A stretch of 64,000 nt of DNA from Priapulus caudatus (lineage: Eukaryota). The stretch is from the NCBI RefSeq assembly GCF_000485595.1, contig NW_014577083.1, positions 150,932 to 214,931 on the forward strand, given 5' to 3'. A program made the position numbers and the translations under genes. Under the pieces are notes generated by a model. That model was not told the origin of the DNA. It ran no database searches and saw only the letters and a list, made by a program, of their open reading frames with translations. Below are positions 39,303 through 52,972 of this stretch, piece by piece (position 1 is the first letter of the stretch; each line of letters opens with the position of its first letter).

Positions 39303-40401
39303 TAGGAGAGAGAGAGAGAGGGATCAAGCAAAAGAGAAAGAGCAGAGAGGGGAGAGAGAGATAGAGAAGAGAGAGAGAGAGGGAGGAGAGAGGGGGAGAC
39401 GGGGCGGAGAGAGAGCGGAGCGAGAGAGAGAGCAAAGGATAGAGGAGGAGGGGAGGAGAGAGCGCAGAGAAGGGAGAGGGAGAGAGAGAGGGAAGGAGAG
39501 AGGGGGCGAGAGAGCACGAGAGATTGGGAGAGAGAGCAAGAGAGGACGAGAGAGCGACGGGAGAGAGAGCCGCGCGGGCGAGAGAAGGAGGGAGGGGAGA
39601 CGAGAGTGCATAGAAGCAGGGGAGAGAGAGAGGGGAGAAGAGAGAGGGGAGAGAGAGGGAGAGAGAGAGGGGAGAGAGAAGAGGGGAAGAGAGAGAGATC
39701 CAGAGGAGCAGAGAGAGCGGCAGGGAGAGGAAGGGCTGAACGAGGAGCCGGGAGAGCATGGGAGAGACCAGGGGAGAGAGAGGCGGAGAGATGGGAGAAA
39801 GCGGAGGGAGAGAGTGAGGGAGAGAGAGGGGAGAGATGGGAAGAGGAGAAGAGCGGGGAGAGATGGGAGAGAGAGGAAGAGGAGAAGGAGAGATGCGGAT
39901 AGGCCCCCCGAGGGCGGATAGAGTTGAAGAGTGAGCGAAAAGGGAAGAAGCGAGAAGAGCCAGGCGGGAGAGAGAGGGCAAGAGAAAGAGGGAGTAAGGG
40001 AGAGGGGGAGAGAGATGGGGGAGAGAGGCGGAGAGCCGAGAGGGGAGAGAAGAAGGGAACGAGAGGGAGAAAGAGAAGGGAGAGAGGAGGAGAGAGAGGG
40101 GGAGAAAGGGGAGAGAGAAAGGGGAGAGAGACAGGGGCAGAGAGAGGGGGAGAGAGCGGAGAGAGAGAGAGGGGGAGACGAGAGGCAGGGAAAGAGATGA
40201 GGAGAGCAGACGGGGACGAGAGAGAGGGAAAGAGAGAGAGCAGAGGAGAAGAGAGGAGAGACGCCGGAGAGAGAGAGCGAGAGAGAGCCAGAGAGAGAAC
40301 GAGAGAGAGAGAGTAGGAGAAGAAGAGAGAGAGAGAGAGAGAGGCAGAGTCGAGAGGAGGAGAGAGAGCAGGGAGAGAGAGAGACGAGAGCAGGACGAGT
40401 G

Positions 40402-40437
<36 letters not shown>

Positions 40438-40471
40438 CGAGAGACGGAGAGATGCAGAGAGAGAGATAGAT

Positions 40472-40509
<38 letters not shown>

Positions 40510-41053
40510 TAGAGGCGAGAGAGAGGGGGAGAAAGGGAAACAGAGAGGGGAGCCGCCCGGCCGGAGCACGGAGGCGGAGACGCGACGAGGGAGAGATGGG
40601 AGACCGCAGAGGGCGGCCCGACGAGCCGTCGAGAGAGGGGAGAGAGGTGGAGGCGGCGTCCGAGCCCGAAGAGAGGGGGAGGATGGGAGAGAGAGGAGGG
40701 GGAGAAGATAGGCAACGCCACGAGGGAAGGAGAGAAGGAGAAGACTGGGATATCGAGCGCCGCCGCGGATAAGTTGAGAGGAGAACGGAAGCGAGAAGAG
40801 AAAGAGGGGGGGACCGGAGAGGAGGGGAGAGACCACCAAAGAGGGCGAGAGGGAGAGGGAGAGAGTAGACGGGGAAACGCGAGATCATGGAGGCAGACCG
40901 GCGTCAAAACCGTCCGAAAAAAAGAGGGGGGAGAAGAAGGAACACACAAGCACCAAGGGGTACGAGCACTAGGCCGGGAGAGAGAGTAAGGCGGAGGCGG
41001 GAGCAGAGAGGGCGGAGAGAGACGGGGTCGGACGAACACAGCAGAAGAAGAGG
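39303..41053. repeat. GA-rich low-complexity tract, probably a noisy read through a (GA)n satellite
   Basis: Almost pure purine strand; abuts an N gap. Confidence 0.85.
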
Positions 41054-41078
41054 NNNNNNNNNNNNNNNNNNNNNNNNN
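41054..41078. other. Assembly gap (25 N)
   Basis: Direct reading. Confidence 1.
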
Positions 41079-44000
41079 TACATGTCGACGCCTAGCTCGA
41101 TGCCGCGATGTTTGCACCGCTCGCTGCTATTCCTGCTGGACTATAAGACGCATCGTGCACCACTCTGCAATATAATATCTAGTCTATTTTACTCGATATT
41201 AAGAGTAGCTGCGGCTTAAGCGCAATTCGATTTGTCGGTACTTGGCGCCAGCGAACAGAAAAGATGTGCTCGCTTGCCCGCGCTCGTCCTGCTGTCGCGC
41301 GGGGGGTTTCGATGCGCGCGAGGAATGACCTGTCGGGTGTAGGGTTTTCTCGCGACTAGCATGCGCTGATTATACTGTGGCTAGTCCAGTATAATGCGGG
41401 AGACCATAGTTGAGTACATCAGAAGGAGCCGGCTGTGTCAAAGGTGTAGTGGCGTTCATATGGGCATAATTGTGCGTTGCTTGGGAGTCGCTGATGGTGC
41501 TGCTCTCGTGTGTGTGTGCTGTTATGTGTTGTCGTGTGCTGGCATTCTATGTGTGTATTGTGTGTTGTGGGGTCGCGTGTGAATGTGCTGTGGTTGTAGA
41601 TGTGCTGGTGTGGCGTCGATGTGTGCGCGCGCGTCGTTGTTATGCGTATGTGTGTGCGTGGCGTATTGCGTGTCCGTGCGTGTGTGTGTGTGTGTGTGCG
41701 GAGGCAGCAAGAACAGAGATTTAGAAGGGCGACGGCGTGAGTACACGATTTGCGTATTCTATCATTCGTTTCTCCCGCGATGACGTGATGCAGCTGTTGC
41801 AATTCAACATAGCGCAGTTGCAATCTCGAATGGCTGTGGCGAGCATTATTAACTACTTTACAGTGGACCCTTGTTGAGCTTCAACTACAGTTTACTCATC
41901 CTTCCTCCGTTTTGTACCGCTAGACTTCATCTAAAAACGGCGGGCAATTGCGACATGGTCGTGCGATTTGCCGGTCTTATGGACACAGCTTCTTCTTAAG
42001 CCCTGGCTAGTACCTTTGTATCCTCGCCACTCATTTGCGGTCTGCTTTCTCGTTTACGCGCTACAAGCAATGACGGTGACTCCCGCACATAGAACGAACA
42101 TTCTCCGACTCCTCTAACTAGGCGTTTTGCGCACCCTTCATCCTCAAACATTGGTCTTCCGACGCTCCATTAAAGGAGAATAACGCATTGAATTTCCACG
42201 TCCTCTCCGGAGCCCGCCGCTCGAGCCCGTTGATACTCGCCTACGCCGCGTAATTAGCACAAGGATTAAGCGTCGGAGGGCTTCAGCTTCCTCCGCCACC
42301 ATACGACGCTATCATGCGCGCCCGGTTCGGTGCTGCCTTTCCTCAGACGTTTCCCGTTTCTGCAATCGCGTGCGCGTGCGCGCGAGTGTGTTGTGTCAGC
42401 AATAAGTGCCGGTCGGTGTCCTCGTATTGCGCCTTACTGCTCTCCCCGCTGCCCTATAGCCCTCCTCTCATCATTTTACCACTCCGCGGTTCGTCTGTGC
42501 CGCACTCCCGCTCTTTTGCCTGCTCGTGATATTTACGTCATCACCGTCTTGGTCGTACTTCCTCCGCCCGATTTGATCGTCTTGTTCCTACCGCGCAGAA
42601 ACTATATCGGTCTGTGATCTGGTTTATTCGGGCTCGCCAGTTAAGCGAGCATATTGCCGGTGCGCTCGATAAGTTATTCACCGGCTCACGAGCCACGACG
42701 CGCTGCCAGGAAGAAGACTAGAGACGGGACTGGGCTCGCTAACGCAGAGAGGAAGGTATGAGGTGCGTGGCGGAGAGGGAAGACGCTCAGGGGAAGCGTG
42801 CACGAAGATGGTGTGCGGTGCGAGGTGAGTTACGACTGGGTGAGGTTCAAAATTAATGATTTTCGCATAGATTTTCCGTGTAACTGCTCCGTGTTATATT
42901 GCCTAGTGACAGAGATCATTGCTTCAAACTATAGTTTGGTCTCGATATCTAGGGGGCGGGCTTGGCTCACTCAGACCTGGACTGCGCGATTAGGGCGACA
43001 CCAGCTAAGACCCAGGACGGCGACGGTATCATTTCATCAGTTCTACGTGATCAGACGCTCATCTTCCACCTCTCGCTCGCGCCGTAATTAAGCTCCTTTA
43101 CTATCTCATATCAGGTATGTATATTCCCTATTATCTACTCCCTCGAATTTATAGTACCTATATATATAATATATACCTACTACTATATTAAGTTATACAG
43201 CATGTTATTAATTCCTATCAGTCACTATGACTCTACCCTCCGCTACCATGCATTCTAATTTCTTTTTATATACCTTCTTAACTACCTTATATACCATACT
43301 ATTACTATATACTACCGTTAAAATCTCTTTCCCCATCTCTCTATCTTGCTCCGCAAAGCCGCGCGAAATCAGAGCGTAAAACCGCGCCGCCGGATTCTCG
43401 TTAGATGACGTCACGCGTCGACGCGCCGCGACGGCTGTCTCTAGCCTGCCGACGACAACGACAGCGGCAGTGGCGACGGCGACGGCATCGGCGGGAGGGA
43501 TGAGAGATGGGAGAGAGAGGGCGGAGAAAGTTGAGGAGAGAGAGGAAGAGCGAGAGAGAGGGGGAGAGAGGGGAGAGAAAGAGGGGAGAGAGAGGGGAGA
43601 GAGAGAGGAGGAAGGTGAGGGGGAGAGGGAGAGGGGGATAGGGGGAGGGACCCGGCCTTATGGTCTGCGCGGAGTGTCAATCGTCGTAGTTATAGCCCGT
43701 AGCAAGCGTGCTATAAATGACGCTTTACTCGGCCGTCAGTGGCCACAATGACGCCAAGCAGCGCTCAAATTCTCACACAGCCGGCTCTTCTATTCTCACT
43801 GGTCTCCGCATTATACTGGACTACACGTATAATCAGCTATGCGAGAAAACCCCGAGCTATCCTCGCCATCGACGCGCGCAACAGCACATCTTTTTGTTCG
43901 TGCATTTTACTTCCGTCTGTCCGCTTGCCTTTCAGCCGCTCGCGACGGCAGTTTTTTGCGGTATGTTTAGGGACCAGGTCGATATGGAGGTGCATGCGTC

Positions 44001-46077
44001 ACAAGAGTTGCTTTTGGTGGCACGCACACAGACCTTTCATTACATTCAGCGAGCTATAAAAGTTTTACTCGTATCCTTTCTTGGCAAAAATCAGAAATCC
44101 ACTTTTGAAGATAAGCAACACGCATCAGCTATTACAGTCACTGCATCCTCTGCTATAGTGAAAATCTTTGCGCTGCACCCGGCTATGAATCCTTCAAGTA
44201 ATACTTTGTCGTCATCGATTTGTAAATGTGCAGTCTTTACACAAAATAACTAGGTAGCACGACTTTTTTTGCGAAGAAGAATATGACGGGGATTGTCGTT
44301 TGTGAGACCTATTTTTTCTCAGATTCTTTCTGGATACTCTACTTTCTTCTAAAGAGACAAATTCTGACGCCAGGCTGGACAGCCAGGTCTGTCCTGACAT
44401 ATATAAACACAGTTTTAATAAGGGATTTTAGCTTCGCGCAAGTTCTCATAGTTGAATTGTCATCGTACACTTTCCATATTTTTTATATTTTAGAATGTTC
44501 TAGTTGAAGGTTCACAGTAGTGTCTGTTAAAAAAAGCATCTTACAAGTTTGCAGAATATTTAATAACTGCTTAGTAAAACGTCTGCATTTGATTGAATAA
44601 TTTATTGTTGAAAATCCATATTAAAAATACCAAAAAAAACCTCACCGCTGATGTGCTACACGATCTTTCCTCTAACGACTGGATATATCATGTTCGTCGC
44701 TACATTTCTCGCTCATCAAGCAGCACTCACTGATGATTCCGCGCCATCAGTGCGATATCATTTTTATACACGCGTGTGAAGTGAAATTGCAGAAAGACAA
44801 ATCCAAACGTGTGGTAGTTACGCTGACCTGGCAAAAGTCACGATGAACCAAGTATGTGTAAAAACTACATAGTATTTATTTAGTACTGTATCGTATTATC
44901 TTCCTTTAATTTTGATATAATTTACATGCGGGCTTACAACGTTCGACGATGGTTTACAAGCTTTAGGTACAATCGCAGTATAGCTAGATAAATGTACTCT
45001 AGCACTACCAACTATAGCAACGTTAGCTGGTACGTGTCATCTATTACTTAGATGCTTGACATTTACAATTTACGAAATGCGGTATTTTTCCAGAATTTGC
45101 CGAACATCCGCGTTTTCTGCGAAAATGTTTTTAGAGTTAAATTCCACTACGTTAAATTCAAAAAGCACATATCACGGAGAGTAAAAAAATAGAGATAAAA
45201 AATGTTCCTATTGGATAAGAGTGAAACAGTGCACGACCCGACTGTCTCTACTTTCACGCATCAAGGTTCGTGAAAGTTTCAATCTAGGCTAGAATATCGA
45301 ACGCCTTCAGCCACCAATATGCTTGTTACATTGATATAGCGTGCATTATTGCGATTTTAGCAATTTCGCCGATGCAACTTTTCTTTCTCCGAAAAATGTT
45401 CCGTACTAACTCTTATGCAATATCACGTTAACGTTGGCGTCTAGTTTCCGTTAAAAGGCACGTCCTTTACTGTCATATAAAACAAGAAATCCACGTACGC
45501 GTGGATCCATCTGTTGCGATTCTAATACCCTATTTCATTGGTGCTGATTATTTCGTATGTCATTCGCTGTTTACAGGCTATGGCACTGACGCTAAACTCT
45601 AGTTCACAATGCGCGGGGAACAAGCAAGTGTACTTCCCATAATTTTCATCACTATGATTTTTTTAATCTTCCGACAGCCACTTGTTATTATATATGATGT
45701 CTCATGGGAACGATAACGGTTCGTTACGCTACATTCACGTATTCCACCCGTTTAAATGTTATACTGAACGCAACCAGCCTCCAAGTTTTATGCCACCTTA
45801 CAAAATATTTTCCCAGACAAACGTGACTGACATTTATAAATATAGGCATGTTTTAGAGTAATTACCTAAGATGTAATCCTTCCTTGTTAAACTTGAACTA
45901 TATCAATGTATACCACACCACAAGATTTCAGTCCCAATATGAAGCCTTAAGTTCAAAATATGCCTTACTATTAAAACTGTTCTTTACAAGTTGGTGAATA
46001 CAAAGTTCCGTTTCTTTGTAAATACCAAGAAATATGTTAACTAAATATTAAATAGGATATTCAAGAAGAGACATCCA

Positions 46078-46187
46078 TTACCACTACCGCTACTGCTACC
46101 GCTACCGCTACCACTACCACTACCACTACCACCATCACCACTACCACTACTACCACCACTACTACTATTACTACTACTACTACCATT

Positions 46188-46238
<51 letters not shown>

Positions 46239-46320
46239 ACCACTACCACCACTACCACCACCACCACCACTACCACTACCACTACCACTACCACTACTAC
46301 TACTACTACTGTGCTGCTGC
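46078..46320. repeat. Compound trinucleotide repeat (ACC/ACT)n(GCC)n(ACC/ACT)n
   Basis: Direct reading. Confidence 0.9.
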
Positions 46321-46726
46321 TTATACAGCTATCACTATGCACAGCAAAACAGCGACGCTGAAGCATTCAAATATATACTGAATTGCATCAAAATACTACT
46401 AAACCGTGGCGCGTGCGCAGTAACGTGAATCCCTCGGCGCGCGGAACAGCGCATGCGCGCAGGCAGGCATTAGCCGCGTGCCGGCTGGCCAATCAGCACG
46501 CGTGACGTCATCGCTAACGCTTCAATAATACATCACCTTCATCAACTTATAATGGACAATAGATTCCAAATTCAATTTCAAAGGCACATAAACAGGATTA
46601 TTTATTTACAATGCCCGGACTCTCGTCGACTCGAGATATTGCATTATGTCTGCAATGAACTGGCTATTTAGCCAGTTCCAACCAGCCCCGAACCGCACGG
46701 CAGGCTTTTACACCCTGCTCCCATTT

Positions 46727-46826
<100 letters not shown>

Positions 46827-47029
46827 GTATCTACCGAGAGTTAGAACTGCACTATTTCGATCATGCAAAAGGACAAGTCCAAGAGTTTGCGCACGTTACG
46901 TATGGGACATTCAGAAAGTCATTGATTTCACTGTTTTTAATCCAATGTTCGACATCTGCAAGGAGAACACCCACAAGAATATATATGTTATTTGTCCTTG
47001 GGATGATTATGTAATTAATAAAACTTGGT

Positions 47030-47295
47030 GCGTTACGTATGGGACCGCAAGGGGACCTTCTCTTGGACTTGCCCAAAGCCACGAGTAAATGGATGTAAGT
47101 GTCGTACGTCGCAAACGTACACGCGGGTGAAATTTCACCGGCTTGCGCATCTTCGTTAGTACACAGTGAGAATTGTTCTTCACGATGGATGGATGGATAC
47201 AACGAATATAAATGTAGTGTTTGGTATGAAAGCCGATCCCGTGCACTATGCCGAATATATTTATTCGAGCCAGTACATAAAAGTGACGCCATAAT
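47030..47295 (-). pseudogene. Possible ISL2EU/Harbinger-type (HTH_Tnp_4/DDE_Tnp_4) transposase fragment
   Basis: Frameshifted reading gives HFY.TG....EEQFSL.LTKMRK...TSIYSWLWASPRE, resembling the FYTGL / EQFFL.LMKLR / WPSRE motifs; recognised by eye only. Confidence 0.4.
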
Positions 47296-47763
47296 TTCAG
47301 CGGCAAATCAGCCAGAGCTGCGCACGAACCAGCGCCACCAAATATGCCACCGTTTCTTGCAAACCAGCCCTCTATACTTCCCTAGTTATTATGCTTGTTA
47401 CGAACGCAAGCCTCAACGCCACCCTTAAGGCGCGGACGAAATGACCACTCATGATTATTACTTGAAATATCTGTGTTTGAATACACTAACATTATTCTGA
47501 ATTGCGAGAAATATCATGCATGCCAAATTTTTCTGCATAAATCATAATAATCTTTTAAGTAATCATGGATGGTCACGGGCAGTCCGGGCAAAGCGGCTAG
47601 TAGGCTTAGACTATGAAACGGAAGGGTCCGGTGTAAGAGTCCAACCATGGTAACAGCTGTCGTGACCTTGAGTGAGCCACGTGACCAGAGACCGTGAGCC
47701 ATGATATGTCGAAATACATCATAAAACGATTCTGTAGATAATGTTTCAGAACGCTGTGGCATA

Positions 47764-50700
47764 TAGTCGGTTTGCCGGCCCTATATCTCCTATATGTTGA
47801 CCCTGCAATGTTAATTACTTTGAACTTTTTTCATGGAAATGTGTTCTATATAGTTAGGAGAGCTGATTTAGCTTGGTTGCTACCTGTGCAACGTTGAGCA
47901 TTTCTTGGAATTCAAGATGGCCGCCGCCGTCGATCTTGGATTTGCGTCAATGTATACAATTTGTGATCTCGATGCCCTAGAAGTGTCATGCAAATACCTC
48001 TTTTTAGGGGTTTTCGAGGCAGGCGAGTCATTTCTGGAGTTATTTTTTAGTATGGGGTCAATGTCAAGGTCAAAATGACGGTGACACGGTCAAAATAAGA
48101 AACACTTTAATCGTAAATTCACTGTTCATAGAAGTATATATAGGCTGACACTAGAGCTTGACATTACCAAGACCAACAATGGGGATGAAAAACCACCCCA
48201 CCGATGTCATGGAGTTCACCCGCATCCTGGCCGCATCATCAGACACGGAAACATTGGTGTGATGCAGCTCACGATCCCCCGAGTCAAGAAACCGAGGCAT
48301 TCTCGCAGCAACCTCATAGCCATATCAGGCATATCAGCTGCAGCACTACACAGGACCCTTCGCAAGCTGAATCCACCTCTGATTCGCAATGAAAGCTCTG
48401 TCCGCAGAAGAGTCACAGCTTCAATCACGCTGCAGTGCAGTTTCAGTGGCAGCAGCGAGACGGCAGCCTGGCTGTCGCAAGTCCATAGCAGTGACAACGC
48501 CTGTCGAGTGGGGGGCTTCACATTGCTCGCAAGACCGACTAAGCTGCGGGCTCTGCCCATAAGCCAAGACACTTTGGTGGTGTTTGTACCGATGATCGAT
48601 CACACCCTGCTCACCAGACACCGTTCTGACTACGCTCCTGTACTCGCAGAGGACTCTCAAAACTTTCGGGATGCAGTACACCCACCTCTCTGTTGATCTC
48701 CAACTATATCAGACTGCATGCCTAGTCCAATGGAAAGACCTCAGCGCTGGACCAATACTTATACTTCACCCGGGCATGATGCACACTCTCATGAGTTTCC
48801 TGGGCTGTATAGGGCACTGATGAAGGCATCTGGCGTGGACGTTCTCATGAGCGCAGCATTTGTTGCATGACAGCATCATCACCGGGAAGACCTGAACAAA
48901 GGCTCTACGGGCATACATCTCATGCATTGCCATGTTTGCTGCAGAGTTTCTACTCAAATGGGGCCAAGACATACCAGAGCTGAGTGACTACCTGGAGACA
49001 GCCAGAAAACCCAACTGGGAGGCTATGGGTGGACTGTCCATTACAGCGCACACTGCTGACGCTCATTTCCTGCGTGAGAGAGCGGAATGGTGACTTTCTC
49101 CTCCAGCAGCACTGTTCTCAAGGCAATGCTGCCGTATTTCTTCGCAGCAGGTCACCACAATTATGCCCGCATACATGAGCTGGTATGTGCGACAGATGGA
49201 GCCACTTCCAGCGTGCCCGGAGGACCTACTGGCAGGCGCACATGTCTGTCGGCATTCTGATGGCGGACGACCAGTTCCAGCAGATCAGTTCGGCGAACAG
49301 AAATATATCAAGCGAGGGAAGGGTGCTGGAGGTATGAAGGGGCATATCGACGAGCCGCCAGCAAAGTGGCTGTGTGGGTCAACAGTTTCAGTGTGTGTGC
49401 CCACCTCGACATCGCCATGGAGATATGTACAGTAAAGCTGGGGATGAGGAGAAGCCACGTGGTCGAGTGGATAGAGAGGAGAAGAACAAGCCACAAGGAG
49501 GAAGGGAGGGAAGAAGAAGACTGATGAGGTCGATCGGAGGAGAGATCGGAGCCAGAGCTGGAGAAGTACACTCACCCCTCAACGAGCAGCATCCAGGTCT
49601 CCTATAACACATCTGCAATGGCCAAGTGGCGCCCGACACAGTGATGTTCAGGGATGCACTGACTTTCGGGAGTGAGCAAAGCAAGCAGTTTTCCGCTTCA
49701 CTAAGTAGTGACTTCCACAAAACCATAAAGAAAATGGTCACCATCAATGGAGGCACTCAGAAGGCACGTCACTGTCAAGGGCAAGGCCATCTACGACATC
49801 GAGACACTGGTTAGTCGGGCTGTTGTCTTGGGGCAGCAGCTGAGCGGGATCTATCCAACATCTTCCAGTTTGAACTGAGTCCAGTCCCAACATCCCTGAT
49901 TGATGAGTATGGATGTTTGAGGAAGCAACAAGGCCGTGCTCGTCAAGTGTCTCGTGTTTCTGTCAAGACTCCACCTGCTCCAGACGTGGTGTTGGTTGAC
50001 GCCGGTCAGCTGCTGTACCACGTTGTGTGGCCAGTCGCTGGGACCGCAGGAGATCTGGCTGCAAGCTTTGGTGCTCGACTGGCCACTACCCCTGGCTCAA
50101 AGAAAATATCTGTTCGACAGGTATGACCAAGCAAGCTCGCTAGCGCAAAGGAGCATGAGCAGATGAGAAGAGGAAGAGCCAAGGAAGTGGGCCTGACCCC
50201 AAACACACCCCTTCCATGCCGACAAGCTATTCTTCACAATGCACGAACAAGAGTCTGCTCAACAACATTCCTATGCAGCTACCTCCTTCCTCACAACATC
50301 CAGCTTGTCAACAAGCTGGACTGTGTCGTCACCATGCTGAGGCAGACTCACTCTCTGCAGCTACATGCTGAGGCGGCAGCAGAAGATGCCAGACAATCCG
50401 CATCCTCAGTGATGACACAGACGTCTTCGTCCTCCTGGTGTACTGACATCAAGGATGCAGTCATGCCAAGATTCAAATGGAAAAGTGGAATGGTGATGTC
50501 CCTGGATATCAACAAAACTGTTGAGCGGTTAGGCCCTAGAAAGTGCAGCCAGCTTCTCGGTGTCCATGCGCTGTCAGGGCTGCGATACGGTGTCGGTACC
50601 CCTTCGGAAAAGGAAAACAGTCAGCACTCAAGCTCCTGGAGATTGATATACCAGGTCTGGATCAGTGCTTGGAGAGCTTGCGCGACCCATGCTCAACTCA

Positions 50701-51636
50701 AAGTGACAGCAGACAGCTTCTTCTTCCTCTCTACGGACAGAAAAGTTGTACGACAATGATGATGCACGTACTCGCCTCTACCGCAGCCATACAGAGCGCC
50801 ACAACTGAAGAAACTGCCACCGACTAACGTCCACCTGCAGCTGCATGTGCTCCGAACTCACCTCAGATGCTACTGTGGAAGGCAGCAAACCAAACGTGAC
50901 CACCTGAAGAAGCCTCTACATATTACCAACTTTGGTGGAGTATCAAAGGCTCCACCATCACACCGACCATCTCAACAGCGCCAGTTGTCCCCAAGCGCTC
51001 CTGATGTAGTGAGCTGCAGCTGCAGCGCAGAAGCAAGGCATGGCAGCGGAACGTTGCAGCGCTGCAACGTGCAGGCCTCTTCTATGCACAGACTATTGCA
51101 AGTGCGAGGGAGGAGTCGCCTGTTGTAGTCAATTCACGAAAAATCAGATGGACACCGAAGACAATGAGAGGAGCTAGGTGTAGATGACGACAATGACAAT
51201 GATGATGATGCGGATTGAGGAGTAATGAGGATGAGGAGTCATAAGGATTTGTGACAACTACTGTTATTGTGTACTGTTAAGGCTGTTTGCTATTTTCTCG
51301 TTGAATTTACATTAAGAGTGTCTTATTTTGACCGTTGACCTTTGTTTTGACCTTGACCTTGACCACATATCTAAAAAATAACTCCAGAAATGGACTCCCT
51401 GCCCTCGAAAACCCTAAAAAGAGGTATTGCATGACACTCTAGGGCATCGAGATCACAAATGTTAATTGACCAAAATCCGAAGATCGACGGCGGCGGCCAT
51501 CTGAATTCCAAGAAATGCTCAACGATGCACAGGTAGAAACCAGCTAAATCAGCTCTCCTAACTATATAGAACACATTCCATGAAAAAAGTTCAAAGTAAT
51601 TAACATTGCAGGGTCAACATTTTGGCAACTGGACTA
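47764..51636 (+). mobile_element. Academ-superfamily DNA transposon (XPG-bearing type), internally deleted
   Basis: ata|TAGTC...GACTA|ata (3-bp TSD); ~340-360 bp imperfect TIRs (47764-48121 vs 51302-51636); internal Academ-like coding sequence. Confidence 0.88.
48130..51130 (+). pseudogene. Frameshifted Academ polyprotein: transposase core, XPG/FEN1-like nuclease, Cys cluster
   Basis: Motifs across frames: HLSVDLQLYQ, HPGMMHTLMSFLGCIG, AMLPYFFAAGHHNYARYMSWY, PADQFGEQ; DVVLVDAGQLLYHVVWP, FDRY, SDDTDVFVLLVY, GVHALSG, YPFGKGK; VVSCSCSAE...CTDYCKCEGGVACC. Confidence 0.82.
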
Positions 51637-52579
51637 ATAGGCTAACCACCACCTAACCCAGTTCGTTAGAAGCGAGTCTGAGAGCATCTTCAATATGATG
51701 AAGCCATCCAGACATGGTAAATAGCGATGGGATCTTTCTATATGCGCAATACTGCAAATATTCGCCATTGCACAGCAACCTTCACTCAATCGTAGGGGTG
51801 CACCGGATCCAACTTTTTATGTTCCGGCTGGAACCTCTAGGTTCTAGGGTTATTTTCAGTTAATTTAGGTTAAAATTACGCTACATAAAAAGTTTCATGG
51901 TTCAATCACCATTAGAAAATTTTTTTTTCAATGTTTTAAAACTAAACGACTACAGTTTGATATACACGACGGTGGCGCCACTCAAAGCGCACGGACTGAA
52001 AAGTTGCGCCAAAACGACTTTTCAGCCAAGGGCTACAGACCGAGGGTGTTTCTTTATATATTAATTTAAAAGCAAAGGATTTGTAATATCTTATAAACAA
52101 CATATAGTTTCGTTATAATTATGCGATAAATTTGTCCTAAAATGAGCATCGTTCGTTAAATAGCATTTAGGATAAATAAACTGCACCTTTGTGATTAGTC
52201 CCCGTCTGTAACGCTGCAAAAATATTGGAAATGCGCAACTTTTTCAGGGGGGCAGCACGGTCGCGGGTGTCAATGGCGCCGGTCAAATTTTGTAGCGTTT
52301 GATGTATAATTAATTATAACAATTAAATTAGGTATCTGGTAACAAGTACGTGTGGGTATAGACGATTTGTTATACCAGTAAGTACAGTTGTATGCACGTA
52401 AAATCCTAGAGTCTAGTATCCTTAAGCCTGGGAATAAACTTGACAGTTTTGGCCAGTATTGTGCAAACTCACTCAGCCTGAACGAAATACCATTAGCAGG
52501 CACATCACTCAGGCGAGTATAGTACAATGCTCATTGTTCGACATGTTCTCATTATGTCACATGTTCTCATGTTCTCATT

Positions 52580-52972
52580 AGGCGCTTCACACACAAGAAA
52601 AACCGCGATGCTAATCGCGATGAAATACCGAGATAATTGTGTCGTTGTTCACACAGGCCGAATAATCGCGCTAATCGCCGAGCGGGATAATTCTATAATA
52701 GAACTGTGCATGCTCACTGCCCGGAATGATGCTCACTGCGCATGCTCGCTGCTCACTCGCTTGGAATGCTGGGATAGAAAATACCGGGATTATCAAAGCG
52801 AGCGTTCACACACGCAAATAATCGCAGTCAAAAGTGCGATTTGGAGCGCGATGCTGATCGCGATTATTAGTGGGTATTATTGCGTTCACACTTGTAATAA
52901 TCTCGGTATTTCGATCGCGATTCAAAAACCGGGATTTGCATCCCGCTTATTCGCGCCAGTGTGAACGCGCCT
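52580..52972. mobile_element. PIF/Harbinger-like MITE inserted in a short tandem repeat
   Basis: att|AGGCGCTTCACAC...GTGTGAACGCGCCT|att; both flanks continue the atgtcacatgttctcatgttctcatt repeat. Confidence 0.75.

Noticed and set aside
39217..41117. Three 528-597 aa ORFs on the - strand
   Set aside because: They arise from a CT-rich low-complexity strand that rarely forms stop codons; the sequence abuts a gap and looks like raw read.
41079..44600. GC-richer stretch as foreign DNA or a gene
   Set aside because: No coherent ORF or recognisable motif; corrupted microsatellites indicate low-accuracy sequence.
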